A stretch of 64,000 nt of DNA from Macrostomum lignano (GCA_002269645.1 NIVC01000356.1:186001-250000); one strand, 5' to 3'. Numbered from the stretch's first letter, positions 52,601 through 61,035 are shown. Program-made: numbers and translations. The notes: a model not told the origin generated them from the letters alone.

Positions 52601-55600
52601 CGCCAGTCGATGAGCCCAGCTGATGACGGCCAGGGCGTGCTGGACTAGTGCAGGAATCCCACGAAGGCGGCAACTTCAAGGCCAGGCGCGTTTGACGGGC
52701 AGGTGCCCCGTCGTTTGCAGAAGCCCTCCCAGCGTTAGAAGGCGTGTCGGTATGCGTCGCGCGTTCTTGGAGACCATGCGGCGCGGAGCAGAGAGCGGAG
52801 CGGCCCAATGACGCGGTGAGGCGGCAGCGCCGGACCTGAAACAAAAGCAAAAGCGCAGAGCAGAAACTGGCAGCACGACAAGCAAATTCGGCGGCGGAGA
52901 AATTCTCGAGGCCGCCGTACATGCGAAAAGCAAAGTTCAGGAGGCCTTCGCGAGTATGGAGTCTAGAACCCGGGTCACTAAACACTTGGAAAGCACCAGG
53001 GACATGAAAGGCTCTGATCTCGACGTTACGCCGCATGCAGAGGAGCGCAACAGTCTTCATGACTTCGTTGACCAGCTGACAGCCGGAGGACAGCCGGTTG
53101 ATGAGGCCAGCCGCGGCGCTGCTGTCGGTGTACACGGTAATCTTGGCGTGCTCGAACGCATCCGACTGACGTAGGGTGCACAACAAAGGGGCCAGCGCTT
53201 CTTTGAAGTTGATGTGCAGCGCGCTGAAAGCAGATCCAGCGTCTAGCTGCCAATTCACATACAGCAATTGACGCCGCCGTTCTCCCAGATGACGCAGCAT
53301 GCGCCCTCGAGACATGGTCAAACTCGATGACAATCCACCGGAAGAACTGCGGCCAGATAGACGCACTGAAAAGAGTGGCAACAGCTTGTCTCCACCAGCT
53401 CAGGGTGCGCCTAAGGCCGTCGGACTCCGAGATACGACATCCGTCATGCTGGTAGAACAGCTTTAGCAGGTTGCGGAGGAAAAACGCGCGCGCCTAGCAA
53501 CGGTGCAGAACCAACTACAGTCTTCGATCAGGTCTGTCAGGGCAAGGCGCTTGTTGGCCGGCAGGTTCATTTTGCCCGTGCGCGTGTCAAACTCAACACC
53601 CAGGAAGATGAGACGTTGGCTGGGTGGGACGACCTTTTACCAGTTAACTTCGAAGCCGAGCTCCTGGACCAGAGTCAGCAGACACTCGTAGGCTGCAGAC
53701 CTCTTGGTGGGGGCCGTGACGGCCCAGTCGTCGAGATAAGCACAGATACCATGGAAGCCGCTGCGTTGCATCGCCCGGGTGATTGCTTGTGACAACCGTT
53801 TAAAGTGATACACCGACGCCGCAGCGCCGAATGGCAGACGGGTGTCCACCAGGTAAGTTGGCTGCGTGCTGTCGCTGAACTTTACTTGATAAACGGGTTT
53901 ACGGATAAACGGGCAGGGCTCGGTACGCTTCCTTCAAATCAATCTTCGCAACGAAAGCCCCCGACTGCAGCTTCGATGTCAAGTCGTTGATCGTCTCGAA
54001 TTTGATCTTGTAGGGAGCCGTAAAGTGGTAGTTCACACTGTTGCCTTCCGGAGCGCTACAGTCGTGGATGAGCCGAACATTGCCATCCGGCTTGGCGCTG
54101 GCGCCAATAGCAGACACTTTCGTGGGTTTCTTCGCGATGCGGCGGTAGCGGCATAAATCAATCTCGCGGTATATCTGCCTTTTAACTTTACTCTCGTTCA
54201 GCTTGCATTAGCCGTAGTTCTCGACCTCGGATTGGTGGAATGAGTTATCGATGGTCAGGAAAAATCCCTCGTGGAGGCCTTGCGAAAGAAATTCACGGTA
54301 ATCATCCTCTTGGAGGACTCTGGACCAAGCAGCTAGATTCATGTCAGCGTTGTTGCTGCGAAGAGTGTCAGGGATAAAAGTGGAGTTGAAATCAGTAGGA
54401 GGCCGTGTGGGGCCGCACGCGGCGTGATTCGCTACCCCGCCGCTCTCTAGTTTTTTGTCGTCTGTATCCCGCCAGTTCCGTGCCGGTGTCACGTCTTAAA
54501 AAAATTCTGCGTTTTTTTATTCGGCTGAATGAAATAAGACGACAAACGTATTTGGCCAAATACTTTTCAGTTATCCAAACTCATTTGGTCATCTTGAATT
54601 CTCTCACTGAGCAGAAACTATCTTATGCCTTATTTTATTTGTCTTAAAATATTCCAAGTTTGCAACTTTGCAACTTTGCAAACGTTGCAAGTACATTTCA
54701 ACAAAAAGACAACAACAATCCAGAACTGAATGATTTGTACTCGTACACAAAATTAAATAATGCACTTTATAATATTGTAAAGACTTGATGTTAAAAATAA
54801 ATTAACCGCAAATAGCTAATTTAGCCTGTCCTTAAGATAAATCCTGCACGTTTTAAAGATACGCAAATAAATTTCGAGCATGTTCAATTATCAAACTTCC
54901 CTATCGTTTAAGTCCTACTTTCTAGATCTTCCATTAATTTTACGTTGCTCTAAATCACAAAGTTTCTAGTGAGTCAAGTGAAAAACCTGTTTTAGTCTCT
55001 AGTTCATACCAAGTACTTTAGATACTTGTATAGGTTGTTGCTTAGGACGACACGTTCGACCGTGTATACCTTAGTACACCACGGTGTCTTCAGTTCGCCG
55101 CCTTTCCGATCGTCACGGACATAGTTCCGCAGCAGCACCTTGTCACCGACTTTAAAGCTGAGGCTGCTGGCAGACGCGTACTTCTGAACGTACACGCGTA
55201 TGCTTGCACAAATTTTGTCCTGCCGTCCCCTTGAAATCGCCCCTGCAGCTTTGATAGGGTGGAATTAATCCTCCTGATGAGCTGCTCCAGTCGCAGAGGT
55301 GTGATCTTCTTAGATCAATCGACAGATCTTTTTGATCTTCCACCTCCAGGCGACACTCCGTTGACCGATGGCGCTTATTCTGACATCATAGAACAGCTGC
55401 TGGCCCTCGTACCTGAAGTTGCGCTCCTTTTGTCGAATCTTGCTGTTGAAGTTGTTCCTCTCCTTGGTTGTTGTCAAAGACGCAAGGATTTCGTTTGTAT
55501 GCGCCACTAAGCAAGTAAACTTTTATATCCGAATACGCGACAGACATACTTATGTCTCTTCAGTGTAGTCGATATGTTTAAACTTGCAGTTATTTATAGG

Positions 55601-58600
55601 TAACGTGTTGCGTAACAGAATGTAAAATTATACGTACATATACTGTCTAGATTTAGATGTACTGAAAGTCAGAGAAACTTTTAAAAATTTGGTGGCAGAC
55701 TTGCTGTCGTGCCGTATTTAATCTAGGCCCAAATAAAATAACGCATCCAAAGTTATTCAGCCGAATACTTTTCTGCCTAGGATAATGGTTCGCATAACAG
55801 GGACTCCGTGTGGTCCGGCTGCAAGTATATGCGGCACACGTGAGCATACTTGCAGTTTGGAAAACGGCAGCCGGCTGGTAGGTTGGTAGGTTAAAGACAC
55901 GACAGATATGGATGCCCTGAGCTGTCCTGGCAGTTGTCTGTGGCTTTGGCGGACGCTGCTTTTTCCCTGTTGCCTGCGGAGCTACCAGATGCCAAGCGAT
56001 AAGTGAGAAGCTCTGCTGAGCCCAAGAGCACCCCGTGGAGGCTTCTGCGCAGTCGAGGAGCTTGCTGATTTGCACGTTGTATTGCATGTATTTTGAGACT
56101 GTTTCATCCGTGAGTTGTCCCGATTTGAGGAGACAGGAGGAGGATCCGGGCGTTTGCCATGATTCACTGCCCGACAAACCTACAGCTAGGTAAAGTCAAT
56201 ATTGAATCCGATTAATTAGGAGTATAGTCGTACCAGAGGAAGAAAAGCGTCACCAGCAACGCGCTCAAATCAGCAACAAAAAAGATTTTGTAGTTGCTCT
56301 GAATGGTTTGCTCAGCAATCCTAATCGGAAGATTTAGTGCGAATAAAGAAAACTCAAACATACACTGCAATAGATGATTCAAGCTCTCGATTGTTTATAG
56401 TTTATAATTTATAGAAAAATATTTATTAATGAAAAACAATTAAAGAAAACCGAAAAGAATTTCATTAACCTAATGTCTGTCAGCAAAAAATCAAATTTAT
56501 AGATTCCTAACAGTTACAACTAGTCTTTAAAAATAGCCGGTCCTCAGCGATAGCCGCCGCAGTCTCCACCGCCAAGCTTGCAAGATTCCTTGGACCCGTC
56601 GGGGTTTCTGCACTTGAACTTTGAGCTGTTGCAGCTCACAACTGATCCGCCGCAGGTCCAGAAGCCCTTGTACTTGCAGCGGCAGGCCTTGAAGGGCGGA
56701 GCGGGAGAGTAGATGGTGCAGCCGCCCCTGTGATAGTCGCAGTCGCAGTTGTTCGGCGAGCTCACGTCCGACCAAGCCGTCGGGATGGCGTCTTCAGGCC
56801 GGGCGAGTCGGAGTCCGAGGTTTCCCGCCAGCTTCTTGAGCAGTCCAGGCCGATTTGTGATGACTCCGTGCACTCCCAGGTTGATGTAGGACTTCATGGA
56901 GGACTCTTTGTCCAGCGTCCAGATGTAGGTCAGGCCGATCTCGCCGTTGCGAACGCCGGCCACAGCCTGCCTGATGCCGCTGTAGTAGGTACCGAGCGCG
57001 CAGGCACTGATTCCGGTGCCGAATGCGCGCTTCCGGGTGAACCTGGACAGCATGGCAGCCACGGAGCTATACTTATCGCCCTCCTGGTCGAAGGCGAAGT
57101 AGTAGCGGTCTTTGTTGCTGAATCCGCTGGCGGTCTTTGCCGCGGCGTAGACATACTCGAAGCAGTTGATCTTGCCGGCCGAGATGACGACGTTGCCGCG
57201 GTAGCCGTTACCGAAGAGCTCTCGCTCCACGAGCCTGGCGACGTTGGCGCCAGCAGTGGCGAGTCTGTCGCCCCACTTTGGGTTCACCTTGCCGTCCAGG
57301 ATGACGAGAGCGAGTCCAGGCAGCCTCGCCATGTGGCGCAGGTGGCTGGCAGCACTAGCACTGGAGCCCCTGCCAGAGCAGCCCCTGAGCGAGTGGCTGC
57401 AGATGTGGTAGCTTCTCGGGTGCGGACAACTGCATTCGCAGAATCCGCGGTGCTCGAACTCAGTCGGGTTGCCGCGTCCGTCGAACTGGATGTCCACCTC
57501 CACAGCGTTGGCGCCCTGCCTCATGGACCAGTCGAGCGAGTGCGGACTGTTGGTCATGTGGGCGATGATGTAGAAGGGGTCTCTGGTCTTGGCGGAGTCG
57601 AGTGTCGCGGCTAGCAGCAGAAAGAGCAGCGGGACAGTGCACACATTCAATACTCTGAGGCCTGACATAGCAGAAGGCTTTGGAGAACTCAAATTTTTTT
57701 TCGGACGAGCTATCAAACCTTATTGGAGCGTAGATCGCTTGTAAATTAGGTCTTATTTATAGAAACTTTTAATGGGGTGGAGCTCCGGTGCAGGTGCATC
57801 GCATTCGTTTACGTCACCTTATTATCAAGGCGTTGAGTTGTTACGAGCTACCACATAATGGGGGCGTTGTTATTCAATATTGTACTATAATAAAGTTTAT
57901 GTAACATACAATCAGCTGTCTGCTTTTGATAGTAGCATGACTCAGCCATATTTGGCAGTTTCAACTTAACCGGTCGACTTATCATAGCCACCCGTTATTT
58001 GGACTGTATCGTGCAGATATTGCAGGTGGTATTTTCACTTAAACATCGGTTATCGCTTTCAAAGTTTAATAAGAAGTCCCAAAGAAGAAGAAAGCTGCTT
58101 CAGTTGCCATTTTTCGGAATGACGGCACGCTCGCTGGTGGCGTGTAATGACTACTGTTATCGAGTGTTTTTTGAAAGCCAGTTAAACCCTTGATAATAGC
58201 CACGATTGACGACGATACGACAAACTAGAGCTCTGAGGTCGTAGCGGTGCTAATTTCATATAAACAGTTTTATTCATAAATAAACTTAGGTTCTAATTAG
58301 TAAGCTCGAAGTTTAGAAAGGTTTCACTGAACACACTGCCAAACTTTCTATGGGGCTCCATAACTATAACGCAACTGTTGCATTCTATGCAGCCTATTTC
58401 CTGTTGTAAACTTGACCGTGAACGAATCGCTAAAAAGTCATTGAAAACAACTCACTAGTGAGTCTAGCGACTTTGGGGCGACTCTTGTGACTTAAACGAC
58501 TCAAACGACTGCAATGCGACGGAGAGGCGACTGTTGATTCACGAGCGCATCACGTGAGCTCTGATTGTAAAATCGAGCACTGATTGTAGTTGCAAAAAAA

Positions 58601-59737
58601 AGTCGTCCAAGAGCCGCTGTGTCAACGCTTAACTTTCTACTAACTCGTTTAGACTAAACAGATTTGTTATTGCATGTAAAATGCGATTCTAATTCATAAG
58701 GTGACGCACACGAAACTCGGTGATTCTACAGCCATTCTAGCACACCTCAGATACCACTCTATGGCCCCAGAGTCACTATACGAGCGTAGAAGCGCCCCAG
58801 AGTCATGTTCATCGTCCCATAGTCGTTTCAGAGCTGCAAACATTAAAACGCCTCAAATTGACTCTTTGACGACTTTTTGGCGACTTTTGGTGACTTTTTG
58901 GTACCGTAAAATATCATCGTTGTAAAGTCGTCTATAGCCACTTTTTTCCTATTTTATCTGTGTTACCTGCGAAGACTCTGGGCGCGACGCAAGCGACTCT
59001 AGGACGCTTCTTGGCGTAGGTACCGTTTTCATTGGGATATTATAAGATATTTCTGTCTAGTTATATCATAAATGAATCTATATATGTGTGTATCATATTC
59101 ATTTATGAGTTTTCACCGATGTAGAATGTAAAATTTTGAGCATCAAATATTGTTGAGTTACTTCACCAACATTTGTGTTTTCTAGAATTTCTTTAAACTA
59201 AAACTTAAAGATTCCAAAGTTTGGCATTCAAATATCTTTCCGAATTCGATCTCAAATGTTACACTGAAGGCTCGCCTGGACTCTCAAGAGGCCGTCATCG
59301 AGCATCTCAAAGCCCAGACGGCGGCGTCATCGTCTGCTGCTGAGCCGGCCGAACAGCTTCGCCAGCGAGAACGCGAACTGGCCGCCGAGGTTGCCGAACT
59401 TCGGGCCGTCCTGGCGGACGAGCGCGGCGCGCACACGCCCCAGATGCGGCAGTTCGTAGCGCTGCGCGATCGAATCAAACAGTTGGAGGCGCGTCACGTG
59501 GAGCGCGAGCGCGGAGTTGAGCAACTGCTCAGGGAAACTCGCGCCGCCGCGCGATCCGACGCCCAAGCCGAGGTGACGCGCTGGCGCCAGTTAGCTGAGA
59601 CTCGGGCGCGTCAAATTGATCAGTTCAGAGCCGAGCTGGATCTCATACTGGAGGTGCTGCGAGAGCTGCAGAGGCGCGGTGTCAGCCTGCCGGTGCCGCC
59701 CGGACTGAAAGACACACTGAGCGGACTGTCTGGCTAG
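28641..59737 (+). CDS. CEP162: Centrosomal protein 162-like; exons 28641-28706 (tentative), 32021-32269, 32639-33316, 33778-34734, 44044-44406, 45056-45289, 46203-46439, 47252-47548, 48044-48304, 59270-59737 (about 1269 aa)
   Basis: Coiled-coil protein with segments I recall from CEP162: QEELLAGYQKENERLY, LQRKMTWFVENQRLVDKD, RIKDLERQVRELESIL, and C-terminal QIDQFRAELDLILEVLRELQRRGV. The N-terminus has FEKFM...PWW. All introns are GT-AG, phase 0, and every internal exon length is divisible by 3. The orthology call is from memory and needs BLAST. Confidence 0.8.
28999..29361 (+). mobile_element. tRNA-derived SINE, full length, with 9-bp TSD
   Basis: Pol III A-box-like TAGCCCAGCGG (29008-29018) and B-box-like GGCTCGATTCT (29051-29061). 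A-rich tail AATAAAAAATA. TSD CCATGTGCA at 28990-28998 and 29362-29370. A second copy lies at about 33356-33693. Confidence 0.85.
30648..31955. mobile_element. MITE-like dispersed element whose left arm is expanded into an 80/81-bp tandem array (about 12 copies, 30673-31649)
   Basis: The unit GAATCGTTAAAGAGTCATTGAAAACAACCTACTAGTGACTCTAGCGACTGTTGAGTCACAGGCGCATCACGTGAGTTGTA occurs once in the homologous copy at 58424-59036. TAGTGACTCTAGCGAC is inverted against GTCGTCTAGAGTCACTA (about 31935-31951). Confidence 0.7.
32380..32625. repeat. 23-bp pyrimidine-rich minisatellite (CCTTCATCTCAACTCCCATCAAC), CEP162 intron 2
   Basis: Tandem copies run into the acceptor at 32638. Confidence 0.9.
33356..33693 (+). 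mobile_element. Second copy of the tRNA-derived SINE (5' head partly lost), CEP162 intron 3
   Basis: Colinear with 29026-29345; keeps B-box-like GGCTCGATTCC. Confidence 0.85.
34770..37227. repeat. 23-bp satellite (CTGAGAATCGCCCCATTAAGCCA), left part, CEP162 intron 4
   Basis: About 105 copies, interrupted by the LINE. Confidence 0.95.
37374..41060 (-). CDS. LINE ORF2: AP endonuclease + reverse transcriptase + RNase H + CCHC finger
   Basis: APE motifs LIQEP, GGDLNAHH, LDAT, SDH. RT motifs SPGPDG, FRPISL, QHAFR, LDIVGAFD, PQGGVLTP, GYADD, LGVTLD. RNase H motifs YTDGSK, NEVLA, HSDSQAA, KWVPGHVGIRGNELAD. Finger CSFCNSGDETAEHFVSIC. A probable 1-bp deletion near 37505 shifts the last about 60 codons. 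Confidence 0.93.
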   Translation of the reverse strand: MTKLHAAKGATFCLQINLQHCVSASVNLMKIAELYRPGLILIQEPWMRNGKLPNIPSGYSDFYVCGPGNSRPRAAILAASHLQAWLRTDLSDGDLCVIQSNHFSPRTCLVASVYIPGDRDPAPESLLRLAQYCESQNAELCLGGDLNAHHKHWGSKDTNTRGEELLALISNTNLMLCNRGSTPTFNNGRWTEVLDATLVTPRLFDRVKEWRVWSEEPSLSDHCFIAFNIADTKTQSPITWRRNIRNTDWAAYKAALDLHLQELTDLRPIETCEDVDHMAETLTGCIIKAYEAACPARAYKGKTSAPWWNPELGKLRRKAKSLHRRAMKTGNPEDMELFRQASRNFKSEVRKAKECKWRQFCNELDQDRPTSRLVKALTMDKMSKLAMIKKDDGSLTKDPEEVLQHMLSTFFPRVPTARPEPNHSMDGATLAAGIVTEDLIARAVRTFKPFKSPGPDGIYPVLLREAAKIPSFLRLTRNLMRASIQLGYVPKSWTEARVVFIPKPGKGDYQSVKAFRPISLTSAMLKLTERLILWRLLSCELTAMPLSNNQHAFRTGRSTDSALHAIVEKIERAVLGDGYALALFLDIVGAFDNVIFEAFQRALQNRKAHATLIRWIMYMISNRTVTAQLLGQTASTRVCKGGPQGGVLTPTLWNLVMDALLSDSRPDPVFKVGYADDVTAIVAGPSPSTLRDLMQSFIRKAESWANDNGLELSEPKTVAIMFTSRLRWNIRPLQLYGRDIAFAHQTRCLGVTLDHRLNWSFHVKAKAKRASAILAQLRRALGTSWGLSPKRLWWIYTSVVRPAITYASVVWVSATQVKSHADLLNTIQGRACRLICNATRSTPFAGMGAFLNLPPLDLFIRGEAARTTRRLIDAGVKFIYMRAPAKRNLVPHSDLCLNFLNECQANRVFTDGIASTLNLRQRYSVAIDSRDNINDHWNPGELHCYTDGSKQSANTGFGVGIFLNGRVIATHAQYTGVNSSVFQNEVLAISSCTAELLATGVTGKNIIFHSDSQAALHAISGCSTNSATVLDCIKLLNVLGSANKITLKWVPGHVGIRGNELADTLAKVGASGSSLGPEPLVPIPGCVIDSRIKAWIRTQHRSTWANRTNCRQSRGAVPQPSHQLRKLLLRLSRRDIRAATMTLSGHGCFSRHQYLQGNATNATCSFCNSGDETAEHFVSICPAFTRPDSLTSGHTHLLLKRANPKTLISSCATFGPPAGLNSPFQRAP
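41084..42660 (-). CDS. LINE ORF1 (gag-like), split by one frameshift near 41790
   Basis: ORF 42660-41686 overlaps ORF 41755-41084. Shifting in the GCTCTTTTCTTCG run gives FLREGQRPKTIPYVVFVP and a continuous product ending 24 nt before ORF2. Confidence 0.7.
43122..44030. repeat. 23-bp satellite, right part
   Basis: Same unit as 34770-37227. It ends about 13 bp before the exon 5 acceptor. Confidence 0.95.
44438..44995. repeat. 34-bp minisatellite (CCCTCCCTGATCCTGTCAGCTAGTGAGGCTGTCA), CEP162 intron 5
   Basis: Tandem copies visible. Confidence 0.95.
45345..46100. repeat. 26-bp minisatellite (CATGATGGGGAACTGCTCAGATGCCA), CEP162 intron 6
   Basis: Tandem copies visible. Confidence 0.95.
46545..47210. 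repeat. About 22-bp minisatellite (CCCTCCAGAATCGCCCTCCAAT), CEP162 intron 7
   Basis: Tandem copies with indel variants. Confidence 0.9.
47630..47985. repeat. 22-bp minisatellite (CACCTGTTAGATACGAGTGTCA), CEP162 intron 8
   Basis: Tandem copies visible. Confidence 0.9.
48410..49215. repeat. 20/21-bp minisatellite (GTTGTCCTGAAGGATTTTAAA), CEP162 intron 9
   Basis: Tandem copies visible. Confidence 0.95.
49559..50680 (-). CDS. Secreted sphingomyelinase D / phospholipase D toxin-like protein (GDPD-like SicTox family) with a Cys-rich C-terminal domain, copy A, 373 aa, intronless
   Basis: Signal peptide. Family motifs IAHMTN (catalytic His), GANAVEVD (Mg-binding E/D), HRWLCDC (second His loop), LDGK, YIWTLD, GVNGIITN and plug-like RLAKPGD, then a 10-Cys tail. 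Confidence 0.9.
   Translation of the reverse strand: MSGLRVLNACTVPLLLLLAATLDSAKTRDPFYIIAHMTNSPHSLDWSMRQGANAVEVDIQFDGRGNPTEFGHRWLCDCSCPHPRSYHICSHSLRGCSGRGASASAASHLRHMARLPGLALVILDGKVNSKWGDRLATAGANLARLVERELFGNGYRGNVVISAGKINCFEYVSAAAKTASGFSNKDRYYFAFDQEDDKYSSVAAMLSRFTRKRTFGTGISACLPGTYYSGIRQAVAGVRNGEIGLTYIWTLDKESSMKSYINLGVNGIITNRPGLLKKLAGNLGLRLAKPGDAIPTARTDVSSPNNCDCDYHWGGCTISSPAPPFKACRCKYKGFWTCGGSVVSCNSSNLKCRNPDGSKESCKLGGGDCGGYR
51457..51650. repeat. 61-bp tandem repeat, about 3 copies
   Basis: CACTCGGTACACATTGAAACTCACTCAATTGCCC starts at 51457 and 51518, with a variant at 51579. Confidence 0.85.
52042..56200 (-). mobile_element. Decayed tyrosine-recombinase (DIRS/Ngaro-type) retrotransposon: gag, RT, RNase H, truncated YR
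   Basis: Gag finger ICRVFN...GCRFPNCKYAHVCR (about 55800-55915, across a frameshift). RT RLIHDCSAPEGNSVN, AKIDLKEAYR, DTRLPFG, AYLDD, FLGVEFD. RNase H HINFKE, YTDS, HVPG...DPGSR. YR GFFGLLRCANL...RIRVSKTN. Multiple stops and frameshifts. Boundaries are approximate. Confidence 0.82.
54518..55767 (-). mobile_element. Internally deleted Gypsy/Ginger-like integrase remnant inserted between gag and pol of the YR element
   Basis: Minus strand gives KERNFRYEGQQLFY, then RLI*EDHTSATGAAH (integrase Zn-binding-like), then FKVGDKVLLRNYVRDDRKGGEL (GPY/F-like C-terminal region). The DDE core is absent. A 13-bp inverted repeat TATTCGGCTGAAT lies at 54518-54530 and 55755-55767. Confidence 0.55.
56544..57668 (-). 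CDS. Secreted sphingomyelinase D / PLD toxin-like protein, copy B, 374 aa, intronless (true ATG at 57668)
   Basis: Same motifs as copy A. Manual alignment gives 23 substitutions plus 1 indel versus copy A. Confidence 0.9.
   Translation of the reverse strand: MSGLRVLNVCTVPLLFLLLAATLDSAKTRDPFYIIAHMTNSPHSLDWSMRQGANAVEVDIQFDGRGNPTEFEHRGFCECSCPHPRSYHICSHSLRGCSGRGSSASAASHLRHMARLPGLALVILDGKVNPKWGDRLATAGANVARLVERELFGNGYRGNVVISAGKINCFEYVYAAAKTASGFSNKDRYYFAFDQEGDKYSSVAAMLSRFTRKRAFGTGISACALGTYYSGIRQAVAGVRNGEIGLTYIWTLDKESSMKSYINLGVHGVITNRPGLLKKLAGNLGLRLARPEDAIPTAWSDVSSPNNCDCDYHRGGCTIYSPAPPFKACRCKYKGFWTCGGSVVSCNSSKFKCRNPDGSKESCKLGGGDCGGYR
57754..57761 (-). promoter_or_regulatory. Putative TATA box of SMaseD copy B
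   Basis: TATAAATA on the minus strand, about 85 bp upstream of the ATG. Confidence 0.5.
58424..59036. mobile_element. Second, non-expanded copy of the MITE-like element at 30648-31955
   Basis: Colinear blocks GAATCGCTAAAAAGTCATTGAAAACAAC, GCGCATCACGTGAG, CTAATTCATAAGGTGACGCA, AATTGACTCTTTGAC. Its end CGTTTTCATTGGG is the near reverse complement of CCCATTGAAAACG at 30648. Confidence 0.65.
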
Positions 59738-59779
59738 CTTTATCTGCCTTCGGAACTGATAAGATATGATGTAAAAGTC

Positions 59780-60110
59780 CGGTAATTAGGCCAGCCAATC
59801 AGCGATTGATTAAGGGCAGAGGTTGGAGTGAGGGGTCTAGACTCGTTGCGAGGCCAGCCAATCAGCGATTGATTAAGGGCAGAGGTTGGAGTGAGGGGTC
59901 TAGACTCGTTGCGAGGCCAGCCAATCAGCGATTGATTGGGGCCAGAGGTTGGAGTGAGGGGTCTAGACTCGTTGCGAGGCCAGCCAATCAGCAATTGATT
60001 AGGGGCAGAGGCGAGGGCCTAGTCTAGTCTGTTTACGAGGCCGCCCAGCCAATCAGCGATTGTTTGGGGGCAAAGGGGTTTGGATACGATTTAACCAATC
60101 AGCGCTAATC
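59780..60110. repeat. 63-bp tandem repeat (about 4 copies plus relics), each with GCCAATCAG, just 3' of the CEP162 stop
   Basis: Unit GGCCAGCCAATCAGCGATTGATTAAGGGCAGAGGTTGGAGTGAGGGGTCTAGACTCGTTGCGA. Confidence 0.9.
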
Positions 60111-61035
60111 TGGGATAAAAGTCTTAATAAGATTAACTAATTTCCTGACGAGCATCTCATTAAATATTGATCTCTCAGCTCCCTCATTCGTCTTCGTTTG
60201 CGTTGGAAAAGTTTTGCGCAGCTTTTTATTTGCTTTGATTTGATAATTCTGTCATGTATACGAGTTGTGTTAACCGGAATATAACTTTTCTACTGTTTTC
60301 ATCTACTCTAAGTAGTTTCAATGCTTGTACTTCTAGTTTTGCCCCGCTGACAAGCCTCAGGGGAGCCAATAGTTAAACTTTTATTTGTCACTAATTGGAG
60401 AGTATTTTTGTACGGCTTCATGCCCTTGAACTACTACGATGAGTAGGCATCTTCTCTAACATAAAAATTGCCCCGTTTAAATGCAAATGTATTTTTCCAT
60501 GCAGTACTGCCGTCCCACAAAATCATTCCTTAGTTTCTCTTCAAATTTTGCTGCTTTGAAACACACTACTTTAACTAACTGTAAGTAGCACTGTACGCAT
60601 TCGCCGTGAATTTTTTGTAACATATTCTCGTATTCGCTCTTACGCTATTGTACTTGTCTGTTTGTTTTCATGCTCAAAAAAAGGTTGTAATGCCTGTTGA
60701 ATACAAAATTACAGCACTTTGAAATTGAAAACGGGCTTGAGAAGTGACGGAGCTCGGCCTCCCGATTTTTAGTTATTCTAATTAATGAAACTGATGTAAT
60801 TCTGTTCAGGTGTGTGCATTTTATTTTACACTGAGCCAGAGATAAAGATTATTTAGATTGGATGCAAAAGTATGTGAGTTTTTAATCAGCAAGTGTTTAA
60901 TGCCAAAGCTCACAGGGGTTGCTGCAGATATCTGAGGCTCGATGACTGGTTTTCAAGGCTGGTGCTTTTTTCTTTAAACATCTTATTCCTAAGGATACTA
61001 CTGATAGCGACTTTAAAATCTACATGTCGTTTGAC

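Noticed and set aside
49745-57614. Plus-strand ORFs (183 and 294 aa) opposite the SMaseD genes, and similar antisense ORFs over the LINE and CEP162 exons
   Set aside because: These are shadow ORFs expected from GC3-rich coding sequence on the other strand, with no recognisable motifs.
57669-57716. N-terminal extension of SMaseD B given in the ORF track (390 aa)
   Set aside because: It starts at a non-ATG codon. The ATG at 57668 aligns with copy A and gives a clean signal peptide.
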